From: the human T2T-CHM13v2.0 reference genome, Homo sapiens
Length of the DNA stretch: 64,000 nt
Assembly (NCBI RefSeq): GCF_009914755.1
Contig: NC_060932.1
Reading direction: 5' to 3' (one strand)
A program made the position numbers and the translations under genes. Shown here piece after piece: positions 34,315 to 47,521 of this stretch. Numbering within the stretch: the first letter of the stretch is position 1; every line of letters begins with the position of its first letter. The notes under the pieces are model-generated. The model made no database searches. It was not told the origin of the DNA and saw only the letters and a program-made list of their open reading frames with translations.

Positions 34315-34500
34315 TAGATTTTAGCTGCTTTTTGCCACACAAACAAACAAAAAGGGTAGCTATGTAAAATGATACATATAATTTGTTTCACCTTTTTACT
34401 ATCCATAACATCATGTTATATATTTAAATATACACAATTTTAAATGTGTATAATTTAAATATACACATTTACTTCTAAAAATTAGATATTTAAAGATTTT

Positions 34501-34850
34501 TGTAGCAGACTTTACCGATGTGCATTGATTATCAATGTGCCTCCTCCCATATGCACACAAATGCTTATACATTCTTGCAGATAGACAGAACCATATGGCT
34601 CTGTCTGACCAAAATCACTTCTGGACTGACGCATTTAAGAGCTAGTTTGTGATCCGCCTTCTACCTGTTTTTCTTGTATGAGTAACAACTAAGCTTCCTT
34701 TTGGGATGATAAAGCATTTGTTATCTGAGTCGCTAGTGACAGTATTGGTCAGAGACCCTGGATGACATATTACGTGAGTAAAAATAAACTTTTGTTGAGT
34801 TAAGCCACTGAGATTTTGAAGTTTGTTATTGCAGCACAGTCTATGTTATG
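34501..34850 (+). mobile_element. Old MLT1-type LTR
   Basis: 3' signature aaataaacttttg...ttaagccactgagattttgaagtttgttattgcagca. Confidence 0.6.
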
Positions 34851-34894
34851 ACTTCTCAGTGTCACAGTTAGCTGAGAAAAAGTTTGACTCAGAA

Positions 34895-35030
34895 TTTTTT
34901 CCAGCTTTATTGAGATATAACTGACAAATAAAAGTTGTATATATTCAAAGTGTACAATGTGATGATTTGATGTATATGTAGATTGTGTAATGATTGCCAC
35001 ACTCAAGTTAATTAACACAACGCTCACTTT
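34895..35030 (-). mobile_element. L1M 3' end fragment
   Basis: cagctttattgagatataactgacaaataaaagttgtatatattcaaagtgtacaatgtgatg. Confidence 0.8.
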
Positions 35031-35327
35031 GTAAGGGAATAGAATGGTAGGTACAGTGAAAGGGTGGTAAAATTATTTATCACCTTCTTTGCGTTTCTAC
35101 ATCATTTTGTTCTTACTTCACATATAGCATGTGCCTTACTGAATTGCAGTGTGTATTTTTACATAGTACTTAGTTCCACTAGACAGTGAGATTTGTATTC
35201 AGGATTTTGTATCTAGATGATGCCTTATTTATCTTTATAGCCATACACATAATATGGTGGTAGGCAGAGTAGATTCATGGATTTTGAGTAAAATAATGAA
35301 TCTGTAAGTATACAAAAGCAACTGACA

Positions 35328-36090
<763 letters not shown>

Positions 36091-37339
36091 CCATTGTATA
36101 CCAGGAAAGAGGGGTGAAGTTATAAAAGTTGTAAACAGGACCCTAAAAGCAAGAGTCAGAAGGTCTCTGAGACAAACTCCATGTGTTTTATGATCTGTGA
36201 GACGCACCCACATCTCTAAGCTGTAGTAGGAGATGTGTCAGGGAACCAGCTGCTGCTCCCTGGTGGTGGTGTCCTTGGTGGAGGTTGGGGAGGGGTAAAG
36301 GCTCTCTGGATGCATGGGGGTGGGGGTGATTTACTTAGTGAGGTTACAGGGCAAGTGGCAGCATATATTAGGAAAGAAGCTATTGTAACAACCTTTTTAA
36401 GTCTAGGCTTAAGAAAAGCTGTCAGATTTGGATGGGGAAGACAGGCATAGAGAAGAAGGATAATAGTTCTGGAATCTGAGCTAACCTGGTCAGGTGCTCC
36501 AGGTATGGCTTGGAGTCTTGGAGGTGGCTATGTTCCAGGACCTGGGAAAGTAGCCTGGATAGAGGTCTGAGCCCGGCTACTGCTTTTGGGTCCAACTTTC
36601 ATGCAGTTGCTACTTGGCTACCAGGAGCCCTCCCCATGTAGCTGCAGATATTCCATTATCCAAGCTTCCTAATCGAGTCGGGGATGTCTATTTTTTATGC
36701 ATCTACTCTGAGATTACTACTAGAAATAACTGTCTCCAACGCTTGTATTATTTTTATGTTGTGCTTGTGTGATTAATGGTTGTAAGATGAGGTGAGATAG
36801 TAAGTGTGCTCAAGCATTGAACTCTGGGGACAGATAGGAGCAACCTGGGTTGACCCTGAGCTGCGAGAGATGTGGGGTAGAGAATGGACTCTGGCTGTAC
36901 TAATAAAAAAGGCTCTCATTTATTGGACAGTTCCTAGATTTTTGGGAGCTCAGCTAAGGATATTTTCATAAAAACAAGACTCCTGAATTTAAATCCAATA
37001 GTGGGACTTTGTGAGAATCATTTAATCTTCTCAGGCCTCAGCCTTCTCATCTGAGAAATGGGGATAATGATTCTACTATCTCATGAAGCTGCTATGAGTA
37101 TTAGTGAGTTAATGAAAAAGAAAAACTTAAAACAATCTGACAGATGGTGAGCCCTCAGTCAATGTTATTGACTTTTGTTGTTATTGTTTAATTCTCACCA
37201 CAATTCAGTGGGTCCCATTGCTATTCTTACTTTCTCTATATAGAAATTGGGGAACAAGTTCATGAGGAAGTTAGTGAGGCCACTAGGACAGGAATCTAAG
37301 CCTGTCTGAATTTGGAGCCTTGACTCTGAGCTACTTTAC

Positions 37340-38070
<731 letters not shown>

Positions 38071-38394
38071 CCACTATACTCCTTGCTGGACTGCTAGTCC
38101 AGCCCTGGATGGAGCTTCTGTTTTGGGGGATTGAGGGTCTGGGATTCTCTGTGGAGTCTTTCCTGTGTCTGACTGGCAAGCCTATTTTTAACTTTAGCTT
38201 GTGAAGTTCATTTGGAGGGATTTTCTCACTTTTCAGTAGGAGTCAGACTTTACACCCCAGAATGCAAGTTTTTAAAATGACAGAACTGCAGAAAGGGCTT
38301 GTGAAGATGCCTAGAGGGTAAGAAAAGCTTTTTTTCCTTTGATTATTGAAGTCTTTGGGGAAAATTTAAATCATGATCATCAAAATAATTTCAA

Positions 38395-38525
38395 ACATTG
38401 TCATGTCAAGCACTATATTAAGCACATTAAATGAATTATCTCATGTAATCCCATTAAACACCATGAGGTGTTTAATGCTACTATTCTCCCCATTTTCTAG
38501 ATAAGAACACTGGCTCAGAGTGCAA
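38395..38525 (-). mobile_element. MIR
   Basis: attatctcatgtaatcc...tattctccccattttctagataagaacactggctcagag. Confidence 0.7.
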
Positions 38526-39266
38526 GCAGTGTGTCACACTAGGGTGAAGGTTAGCTGGGCCATGGCTCTTGCCCCAGGCCCTTAAATGTCAATCTTGATG
38601 CATGGGAGGTTCTCTGGAAGCTGTGGCAGAAGTAAAATCACTGGAAATAGTCAAACTTCATTTGTACCTACTAGTCTATGTTCTCCATTACATTGAATGA
38701 GGATGAAAATCAATCCATCCACCTTGAATCCAGCATGGTTTACATGGTTAGAACTCGGGAAACTCAAATTGCTGTTTTCAGCTTGAGAAGCTAAAAAACA
38801 AAATGAGAGAACAATAATCAGAGGTTAGTACTTTTGTACATTTCAGCAAGAAAACATCAAGATGATGTTAGAGTGTTTCTGCAGCTCAATGTAGGCAAAA
38901 ATTTTCATAGAGCATTAACAAAACTTTTAAACTAGGAATGAAAATGACAATATAGTGAGTACCTTTGAAGTGCCAGACCCTTCTTTATACATATTTTCAC
39001 ATTAATTCTTACTATAACCTTCAAGGTGGGCATCAAATATCTCCATTTTATATATAATAAAAGAGGGGGTTGGAGATGTTATGTGACCTGCATTAGGCAA
39101 AAAAGTCTTCATCTCTCTGACTCCAAATGATACTTGTAATTAATATGCACTTGGCAATTATGTCCCAGAAATTATTTTAAAGGATTTAACATAGGCTGAA
39201 TCATTTTATCCTCACAGAAATCCTAAGAGGTAGGTTTTGTTATTATCCCTGTGTTAAAATGGAGGC

Positions 39267-40092
39267 TGCATAGTATTTAATATGGTTTGGCTTGGTCACC
39301 ATCCAAGTCTCATCTTGAATTGTAGTTCCCACAATCCCATGTTGTGAAAGGGACCTGGTGTGCGATAACTGAATCATGGGAAAGGCTTTTTCCTGAGCTG
39401 TTCTCCTGATAGAGAATAAGTTTCATGAGATCTGATGGTTTTGTAAAAGTGAGCTCCCCTGTACATGTTCTCTTGCCTGCTGCCACGTAAGATGTGGCTT
39501 TGCTCCTCTTTCACCTTCTGCCATGATTGTGAGTCCTCTCCAGCCATGTGAAACTGTGAGTTCACTAAATCTCTTTTTCTTTATAAACTACTAAGTCTTG
39601 GTATGTCTTTATTAGCAGCGTGAGAACGGACTAATACAGTGTTCCATGGTATATATGTACCACATTTTTCTTTATCCAGTCTACCATTGATATATCATGT
39701 AACACTATGCAGCCATGAAAAAGAATGAGATCATGTCTTTGCAAGGACATGGATGGAGCTGGAGGATATTTTCCTTAGCAAATTAACACGGGAACAGAGA
39801 ACCAAATACCGCATGTTCTCACTTATAAGTGGGAGCTAAATGATGAAAACACATGGACACACAGAGGGGAACAACACAGGCTGGGGCCTTTTGGAAGGTA
39901 GAAGGTGGGAGGAGGGAGAGGATGAGCAAAAATAACTAATGGGTACTAGGCTTAGTACTTGGGTGATAAAATAATCTGTACAACAAACCCCCATGACACA
40001 AGTTAACCTATGTAACAAACCTGCACTTGTACCCCTGAACTTAAAATAAAAGTTAAAAAGTCTAAATTTACACATTTAAAAAAATAAACAAA
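39267..40092 (+). mobile_element. Old L1PA (PA13-16-like) 3' end with short 5' inversion, inserted in a MIR
   Basis: TSD taaaatggaggc at 39255-39266 and 40093-40104. Antisense segment about 39264-39691 (interrupted by THE1); sense 3'UTR about 39692-40092. Confidence 0.85.
39278..39638 (+). mobile_element. THE1-type MaLR solo LTR nested in the inverted L1 segment
   Basis: taatatggtttggc...gagaacggactaataca; TSD gtatt/gtgtt. Confidence 0.92.
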
Positions 40093-41060
40093 TAAAATGG
40101 AGGCATTCAGGTGGATTAAGTTACTGTTCCAGGTCACCATTTGGCAAAACCAGAATTTGAACCCAGGTGGCCTGTTCCAGAGCCTGTGCTCATTGACCTT
40201 TTAAGTTCTCAAACAAACAGCATGCAGTTGATTAGGAGCAGCAACTGTAGCAGTAAAAGTAACAAAAAATAATGTGTAGCTGGGGTAAGAAAGTTTTGTT
40301 ACTCAGAATTTCCCTTAGATGGTCTGTCCTGACATGAGAGGATGGTAAGGGAATAGGTCAGACCATAAAGATGGAAGAAGTAGAATTTCCTGGTAGGGAG
40401 AGATGGGATAACTAGGAGGGATGGGAGAGGGAGAGAGGGCCTGGAGGAGGCAGGCATTTATGTGCTCTATCATAGCTCAACAGTGTTGGGCAGACACTGA
40501 AAAGCAGCCTGAGTAGATGTAGAGCTGGCCAGAAGCAACACTGGAGGAGGGTAGAGCCCAAGATGAGGAAGAGATTGGGAGAATGTAATTGTCCTGAAAT
40601 TAGGAGAAAAATCTTTGGGAAAGGCACAGAGTTTGAGAGGTGATGGCTTTGGGATTGAGGGAGCTGAAGGCAGATGAACCAGATTTTCAAGGGTATAGGA
40701 ATGCCCACTGACTGACTTCCTGAGTTGAAAATGGTATTCAGATATAGATCAACCTATTCATCTAGGACTCTTGCTATAATTATTTATTAATCTGGTTTTC
40801 TCTGTGGAACCATTATCTTCTTAATCATGTCATGTTCTCTTGCAGCCAAGGACTTGGGGATAGTGGAGTGGGGAAAAAATGAACATATTTGCGATGACTG
40901 CTATGTGCTATAGTCCTAGGTACATTGCATATTTCAGTCCTACCTGGAACAACCAACTGTACTAAGTAAGAATAATTATTCTAATTTGACAGGTGAGGAT
41001 AATCAGTTTCAAAGAAGTTAGTTTACTTTCCTAACATAATTAAGCTAAGTGACTTGCCCC

Positions 41061-42626
41061 AATAATAAAAAAAAACTATTTTAAAATTTATATAGAACAA
41101 AAAAAGAGCTCACATAGCCAAGACAATACTAAGCAAACAAACAAACAAACAACAACAATAACAAAAACTGGAGGAATCACTCTACCCAACTTCAAGCTAT
41201 ATTACAAGGCTACAGTAAACAAAACAGCATGGTAGTGGTACCAAAACAGGCACATAGACCAGTGAAACATAACAGAGAACTCAGAAATAAAACCGCACAT
41301 CTACAACCATCTGATGTTCAACAAACCTGACAAAAACAAGAAATGGGGAAAGGACTCCCTACTTAATGAATGGTGTTGGGAGAACTGGCTAGCCATATGC
41401 AGAATGGCTTCCTTACACCTTATACAAAAATTAACTCAAGATGGATTAAAAACTTAGATGTAAAATCCAAAACTATAAAAATCCTAGAAGAAAATCTAGG
41501 CAATAACATTCAGGACATAGGCATAGGCAAAGATTTTAAGATGAAATCACCAAAAGCAATTGCAACAAAAGCAAAAATGGACAAATGGGATCTAATTAAA
41601 CTAAGGAGCTTATCCATAGCAAATGAAACTATCATCAGAGCAAACAGACAACCTACAGAATGGGAGAAAATTTTTGCAATCTATCCATCTGGCAAAGGTT
41701 TAATATCCAGAACCTACAAGGAACTTAAGCAAACTTACAAGAAAAAAGCAAACAACCCCATTAAAAAATGGGCAAAGGATATGAACAGACACTTCTCAAA
41801 AAAATGCATGTGGCCAAGGAACATGAAAAAAAGCTCAATATCACTGATCATTAGAGAAATGCAAATCAAAACCACAATGAGATACCATCTCACACCAGTC
41901 AGAATGGCAATCATTAAAATGTCAAGAAACAACAGATGCTGGCAAGGTTGCAAAGAAATAGGAAAGCTTTTACACTGTTGGTGGGAATGTAAGTTAGTTC
42001 AATGACTTTGGAAGATAGCATGGTGATTCCTCAAAGATTTAGAACCAGAAATACCATTTGACCCAGCAATCCCATTGCTGGGCATATACCCAAAGCAATA
42101 TAAATCATTCTGTTATAAAGATACATGCACATATATGTTCATTGCAGCACTATTCACAATAGCAAAGACATGGAATCAACCCAAGTGCCTATCAATGATA
42201 GACTGGATAAAGAAAATGTGGTACATATTCACCATGGAATACTATACAGCCATAAAAAGGAATGAGATCATGTCCCTTGCAGGGACATGGATGAAGCTGG
42301 AAGCCACTGTCCTCAGCAAACTAATTCAAAAACAGAAAACCAACCACCACTTGTTCTCAATTATAAGTGGGAGCTGAATAATGACACACATGAACTCAGG
42401 GAGGGGAACAACACTCACTGAGGCCTGTTGCGGGAGGGCAGTGGAGGAAGCCATTAGGGAAAAGAGCTAATGCATGTTGGACTTAATACCTAGGTGATGG
42501 GTTGTTAGGTACAGCAAACCACCATGGCACACGTTTTCCTGTATAACAAACCTGCACATCTTGCACACGTACCCTGGAACTTAATAATAATAATAATTAA
42601 ATAATTAAAAATAAATAAATAAATAG
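41061..42626 (+). mobile_element. L1PA (PA8-10-like) 3' 1.55 kb, 5'-truncated
   Basis: ORF2 C-terminal fragments (41370-42377), older-type 3'UTR and (aat/aaat)n tail. Degenerate TSD aagtgacttgccc/aaataacttgccc within a MIR. Confidence 0.93.
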
Positions 42627-43286
42627 AAAATAACTTGCCCAAGAAGTTGACAAACAGGTTTGATGACTTTCCCAAGGTCCCTCATTTTTCTGACCCCAAG
42701 ATTACACTCTTCTCTTTCCGCCATTGCTACCTTATCATATTCCAGAGCCTCCCTTTGTTCCTTCAGCACCAACACAGAGCCGAATTCTTCCTAGATACTC
42801 AATAAACATTTCTCTTAATTGAGTAACTGTGAGATGACCAAGGTTAGCAGCAGGATGGGCTTGTCCCATTTTTTATTTTCTAGAAGTTTATTCAGGAGGG
42901 ACCCTGGATATCCTGGAAAGGAAAGCTAATTCAGGTAATAATTTTACCTCTAATAATGCGAATTTTACATATTTCCCTCCTAAGCTCTCAAGATCCTACT
43001 CATTGAAGCGTGCTAATTTTTTTATTAGCTATTTCTGGAAGTGTTTCAGAGTTAATAGAAGAACCGTAATGATCAGGTGGATTTTTTACCAGATGCCTGC
43101 AGAGTATGAAAGCTCTGCTTCATTGTCTCTCTTGCTTATCTGTGACTTTGTAAAAAGGTCATCACATTTCTAGGCCTAAGTACCTTTTCAGAATAATGGG
43201 GATGTTAATGCTTTCATTAATTTTTAATAAAATGTACTTAAGTGAATCTTTAAGGTTTCTACCAGAAGGGAGGACAAATTCTGAGA

Positions 43287-43516
43287 TTTAAAAAATTTTT
43301 TAAACAGCTCTTTTTAATTATAATTGATACACAAAGAACTGTGTATATTTCGTGTGTAAAATTTGATGCACTTGGACATATGCATCACCATATGGCAATG
43401 CCATTGTGATACGATCACCACAGTCAAGGTAACAGACAAAATCAACACCTCCCAAAGTGTTGTTACCATAAAAATAACAATGAAAAAAAAAAAAAGAGGC
43501 ACAAGGAAACATTGGG
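43287..43516 (-). mobile_element. Ancient L1M (MB/MC-like) 3' end with probable 5' inversion
   Basis: Antisense 3'UTR about 43300-43461, then the upstream 3'UTR piece in sense (...gaggcacaaggaaacattggga). Flanking repeat aaattctgaga/aaatcctgaga. Confidence 0.65.
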
Positions 43517-43797
43517 AAATCCTGAGAAGTGGAGGCAGACACCTGCTTTAGAGTCCTGGCTGTTTAAGTCCTTGTCTGTATAAATTGGATTCTTGAATAT
43601 GTTCTTAACATTCTAACATTTCTATTTCCTTAATTGTTAAAGCGATTTTAAAAACCACCCTCCAGGTTATGAATGGCTCCTTCTGGAGTTTTCTAATGAG
43701 GAGCCTGGCAAACATTTCTAGCCTGGACCTCTGCACCAGCTTTCTAGGTGGTGTCCCCACCCAAGGTCATGTCATAATGCTGATCTTTCTCCACACC

Positions 43798-44173
43798 TGT
43801 ATTAGTCCATTCTTACACTGCTATAAGGACATATCTGAGACTGAGTAATTTATAAAGGAAAGAGGTTTAATTGACTCATAATTCTGCAGGGCTGGGGAAG
43901 CCTCAGGAGACTTACAGTCATGGCAGAAGGGGAAGCAGCCATGTCCTTCTTCACAAGGCAGCAGGAGAGAGAAGAATGAGTAAAGAGGGAAAAGCCCCTT
44001 ATAAAACCATCAAATCTCATGAGAACTCATTCACAATCATGAGAACAACAGTATGGGAGTAAACATGCCCATGATTCAATTACCTCCCACCAGGACCCTC
44101 CCATGAAATGTGGGGATTATGGGAACAACAATTCAACATGAGATTTGGGTGGGGACACAGCCAACCCATATCA
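43798..44173 (-). mobile_element. THE1D/MSTA-type MaLR solo LTR
   Basis: tgtattagtccattctt...gacacagccaacccatatca; perfect TSD acacc. Confidence 0.92.
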
Positions 44174-44711
44174 ACACCACAGCTAGGAGCACATCAAAAC
44201 ATGGATCAGATCCCATCTCTCTCCGCTTAAAGCCCTCTAACTGAAAGTAAGGTGACTGCAGAAGCAAGCACTATGCATTCCCCCAGAGAGAATCAATTCC
44301 GTGCCTGGCATTGTCTGCTGGAGTCATTTTAATGAAATTTACAGTTTCTCTAAGCCTCAGTTTCTGCATCTACAAAAGGAGAGCAGCAACACTTCTTTTG
44401 GAACAACTATGCTCACACATCCCGCTGTTGACCTATTGAGGCAGTTGTTAGTTTGTATTATTATTGCTTCTTTACCTGGCTATTATCACTGTGATGCTCT
44501 AAGTTGCACTAGGACAAGGCTTTTATCAACTGTTTACTCCTGTCTCCCCAAATATCTAGCACAGGGCCTGAAACAGAATAGTATTAAACTGATATTTTTA
44601 GACTGTCCAGCTGAAGTCTCTAACAACAAGGATTCTGTATTATCAACAAATGTATTCCTATTTCCTGGTACTAGGTTATTTTTTCTCCCCCTTTTCTTTC
44701 TCGTTGTTGAG

Positions 44712-44797
44712 ATCTCTGCAGTGGCTCTCCTGAAGACAGCAAATCAGGACAAGCACAGCCCAGAAGGTTTGAGAGAGATAGAACATAGGCCACAATG
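44712..44797 (+). other. Candidate internal exon (probably non-coding)
   Basis: Pyrimidine tract ttttttctcccccttttctttctc, then AG at 44710-44711 (alternative ctgcag ending 44721). Donor ATG|gtaaga at 44798. Confidence 0.3.
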
Positions 44798-44841
44798 GTA
44801 AGACAGTTTCAGACTCATCATTTTTAGGAGTGGTGAATTAG

Positions 44842-45145
<304 letters not shown>

Positions 45146-45149
45146 TGGT

Positions 45150-45920
45150 GAATTAGTTTTCTATTGCTGCAAAGCAAACTGTCCCAAACTTAGTGGCTTG
45201 AAAGAGCTAGCATTTATTAGCTCAGTTTCTGTGGGTCTAGAGTCTGGACACAGATTAGCTGGATCTTCTGCTTCAGAGTCTCACAAAACTTGAATCAAAG
45301 CATCAGCCAGGACTGCATCTCATCTGAGGTTCAACTGGGGAAGGAACTGTTTCCAAGCTCATGTAGTTGTTGGCACCATTCAATTTCTTGTGAGCTATTG
45401 GTCAGAGGCCACCTTCAGTTTCCAGAGGTCTCCTTCAATCCTTCCCTAGATGTGTCCTCTTTGTCCCTAGAGATCCGGTTTCTACCTGCTTGGTGCCCCA
45501 GGAAGCTGACTTCTGTGGAGTGCATCAACTGAGCTCTTTGCTGTCCAACTTCTGGTTGGGTTTGACCAAGGGGAGAAACCAGCAGGAAATACAGAGAAGG
45601 AAGAAGCTTCATCTATGTCCATTCCCCTCAATCCTTCTCTTCCAGGCCTTGAGTTGCCTGTTTATTTCTAAGCAAATATTACAGAATTATTTTCTCCAGC
45701 TGCCTTCAGCTCCAGTTACTGTGCCTGGATTCGTGTAAACTGCTTCTCCCCTTGCTACTTAGGGTGGCAATGTCTCCCCTGGTTTGTTACCCCAGGGGGG
45801 CTTCATCATCCCTGTCGGTTTCCCTTAATCTGCTCACATCTTTACAAATATTCCCTTTATAAATTTTCCTTATTTACCCCATTTGTCTGTGCTAATTTGC
45901 CAGGACCCTGATATAACATC
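45150..45920. mobile_element. Old MLT1 fragment followed by an ERVL-type LTR (approximate)
   Basis: ctattgctgc...caaacttagtggcttgaaa...catttattagctcagtttctgtgggtc (antisense MLT1); ...tgccaggaccctgatataaca terminus. Confidence 0.55.
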
Positions 45921-45953
45921 CTTTGACTAAAGCATCCTGACTTTAATCTACTA

Positions 45954-46080
45954 CAGGTTCAGTACGCCTTATCCAAAATGTTTGGGACCAGAAGTCTTTC
46001 AAATTTTGGATTGTTTTTATTTTGGAATAGTTTAATTATACTTACTGGTTCAGCATTTCTAATCTAAAAAATCCCAAATC
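45954..46080. mobile_element. Tigger4/MER46 half element
   Basis: TA + caggttcagtacgccttatccaaaatgtttgggaccagaagt; second TIR absent. Confidence 0.78.
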
Positions 46081-46840
46081 ATCTACTACAGCATAGCTAT
46101 TCCCATAGCTCTTATTTACAAATATCAAACAGAAAGAAACAGGGTCAGCAACAGTTGGTTAAAAATTGCCTTGCTTTTAAAAAATCTTTACATTTTTATT
46201 ATAAGTAAGGGTAAGTACCTACCACTATCACATCTCTTAGTGTAATTATCCTTTATGCTACACTTAGAGAATTATATGGACTTTTATTGACTTTAAAAAT
46301 TATGTGTAATAGTAGGCTATATTATTATACATGAACTTCATTTCTAAAGGAGTCATTAGATTTATTTGTAATAAGATAGCAGTGTTGGATCTGATGAGGC
46401 TGATCACTCCTCTTAGATACATCTGTATCTTTCATGTTCCCTTGACTGTGGCTGGCATACAGCAGGAGCTCAGTAAGTGTTAAAGAACTGAGTGAGTGGG
46501 TGGATAAATTATCTGCCTGCAACATTAGTTTAAGTTTCTTGGTGGACACTGCTGTGTGTTGTTTGAATGGCACATCTTTAGGCAGAGATCGCCATCCCTA
46601 CATCACTGACTTCTGGGATTGGGGACAATTTATGCAACATTCTATTCCCTGAGAATAAGGCAAATTCTACACTGAGAGAACTTTTGCAGGTGGCCTTTTT
46701 TTGGGGAGATGAAACACTTTCTTGTTTTCTCAGTGTAAATCTGTTAAGAAAAGGATTGCACCTTGAAATTAATGAGCTCAGGAATGGAACTTAAAAACAA
46801 CACAAAACAAGCAAAGTGTTCCTAGTATTGTTTGGGTATA

Positions 46841-47521
46841 CAGAAGTCTCCCTTGAAGGGGAGACTTTATATACCCCTGAAGGGTGTATGTTCCAAGATA
46901 TCTAGTGGATGCATAAGGCACAAACAGTACTAAACCCTATATTTTCCTATACATATGATCAAGTTTAATTGATAAATTAGTTACAGTATTAGATTAACAA
47001 CCATAATAAAATAGAACAATTATAATTAAATTCTGTAATAAAAGTTATGTGAATTGTGTTTCTCTCTTTTTTCTCAAAATGTTTTACTGTAGTATTCACT
47101 GGGTAACTGAAACCACAGAAAGCAAAATCATGGATAAAAGGTAATATGGTTTGGCTGTGTCACTATCCAAATCTCATCCTAAATTGTAGCTCCCATAATT
47201 TCCATGTGTTGTGGGAGGGACTAGGTGTGAGATAATTGAATTGTAGGGGTGGTGTCCCCTATACCGTTCTCATGGTAGTGAATAAGTCTCATGAGATCTG
47301 ATGGTTTTATAAGGGGAAACCCCTTTTGCTTGGTTCTCATTCTGTCTTCCCTGCTGCCATGTAAGATGTGACTTGCTCCTCCTCGCCTTCCACCATGATT
47401 GTGCGGCCTCCCTAGCCATGTGGAACTGTGCCAATTAAACTTCTTTCCTTTATAATTACCGAGTCTCAGGTATGTCTTTATTAGCAGTGTGAGAACAGAC
47501 TAATACAAAGGGGAACTACTG
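46841..47521. mobile_element. MER44/Tigger7-type element interrupted by THE1
   Basis: atgttccaaga...agtggatgc...; gggtaactgaaaccacagaaagcaaaatcatggataa [LTR] ggggaactactg + TA. Confidence 0.75.
47142..47507 (+). mobile_element. THE1-type MaLR solo LTR
   Basis: taatatggtttggctgtgtc...gagaacagactaataca. Confidence 0.92.

Noticed and set aside
44301-44801. 166-aa ORF
   Set aside because: GTG start; it runs through MIR/L2-like relics with no domain similarity I can recognise.
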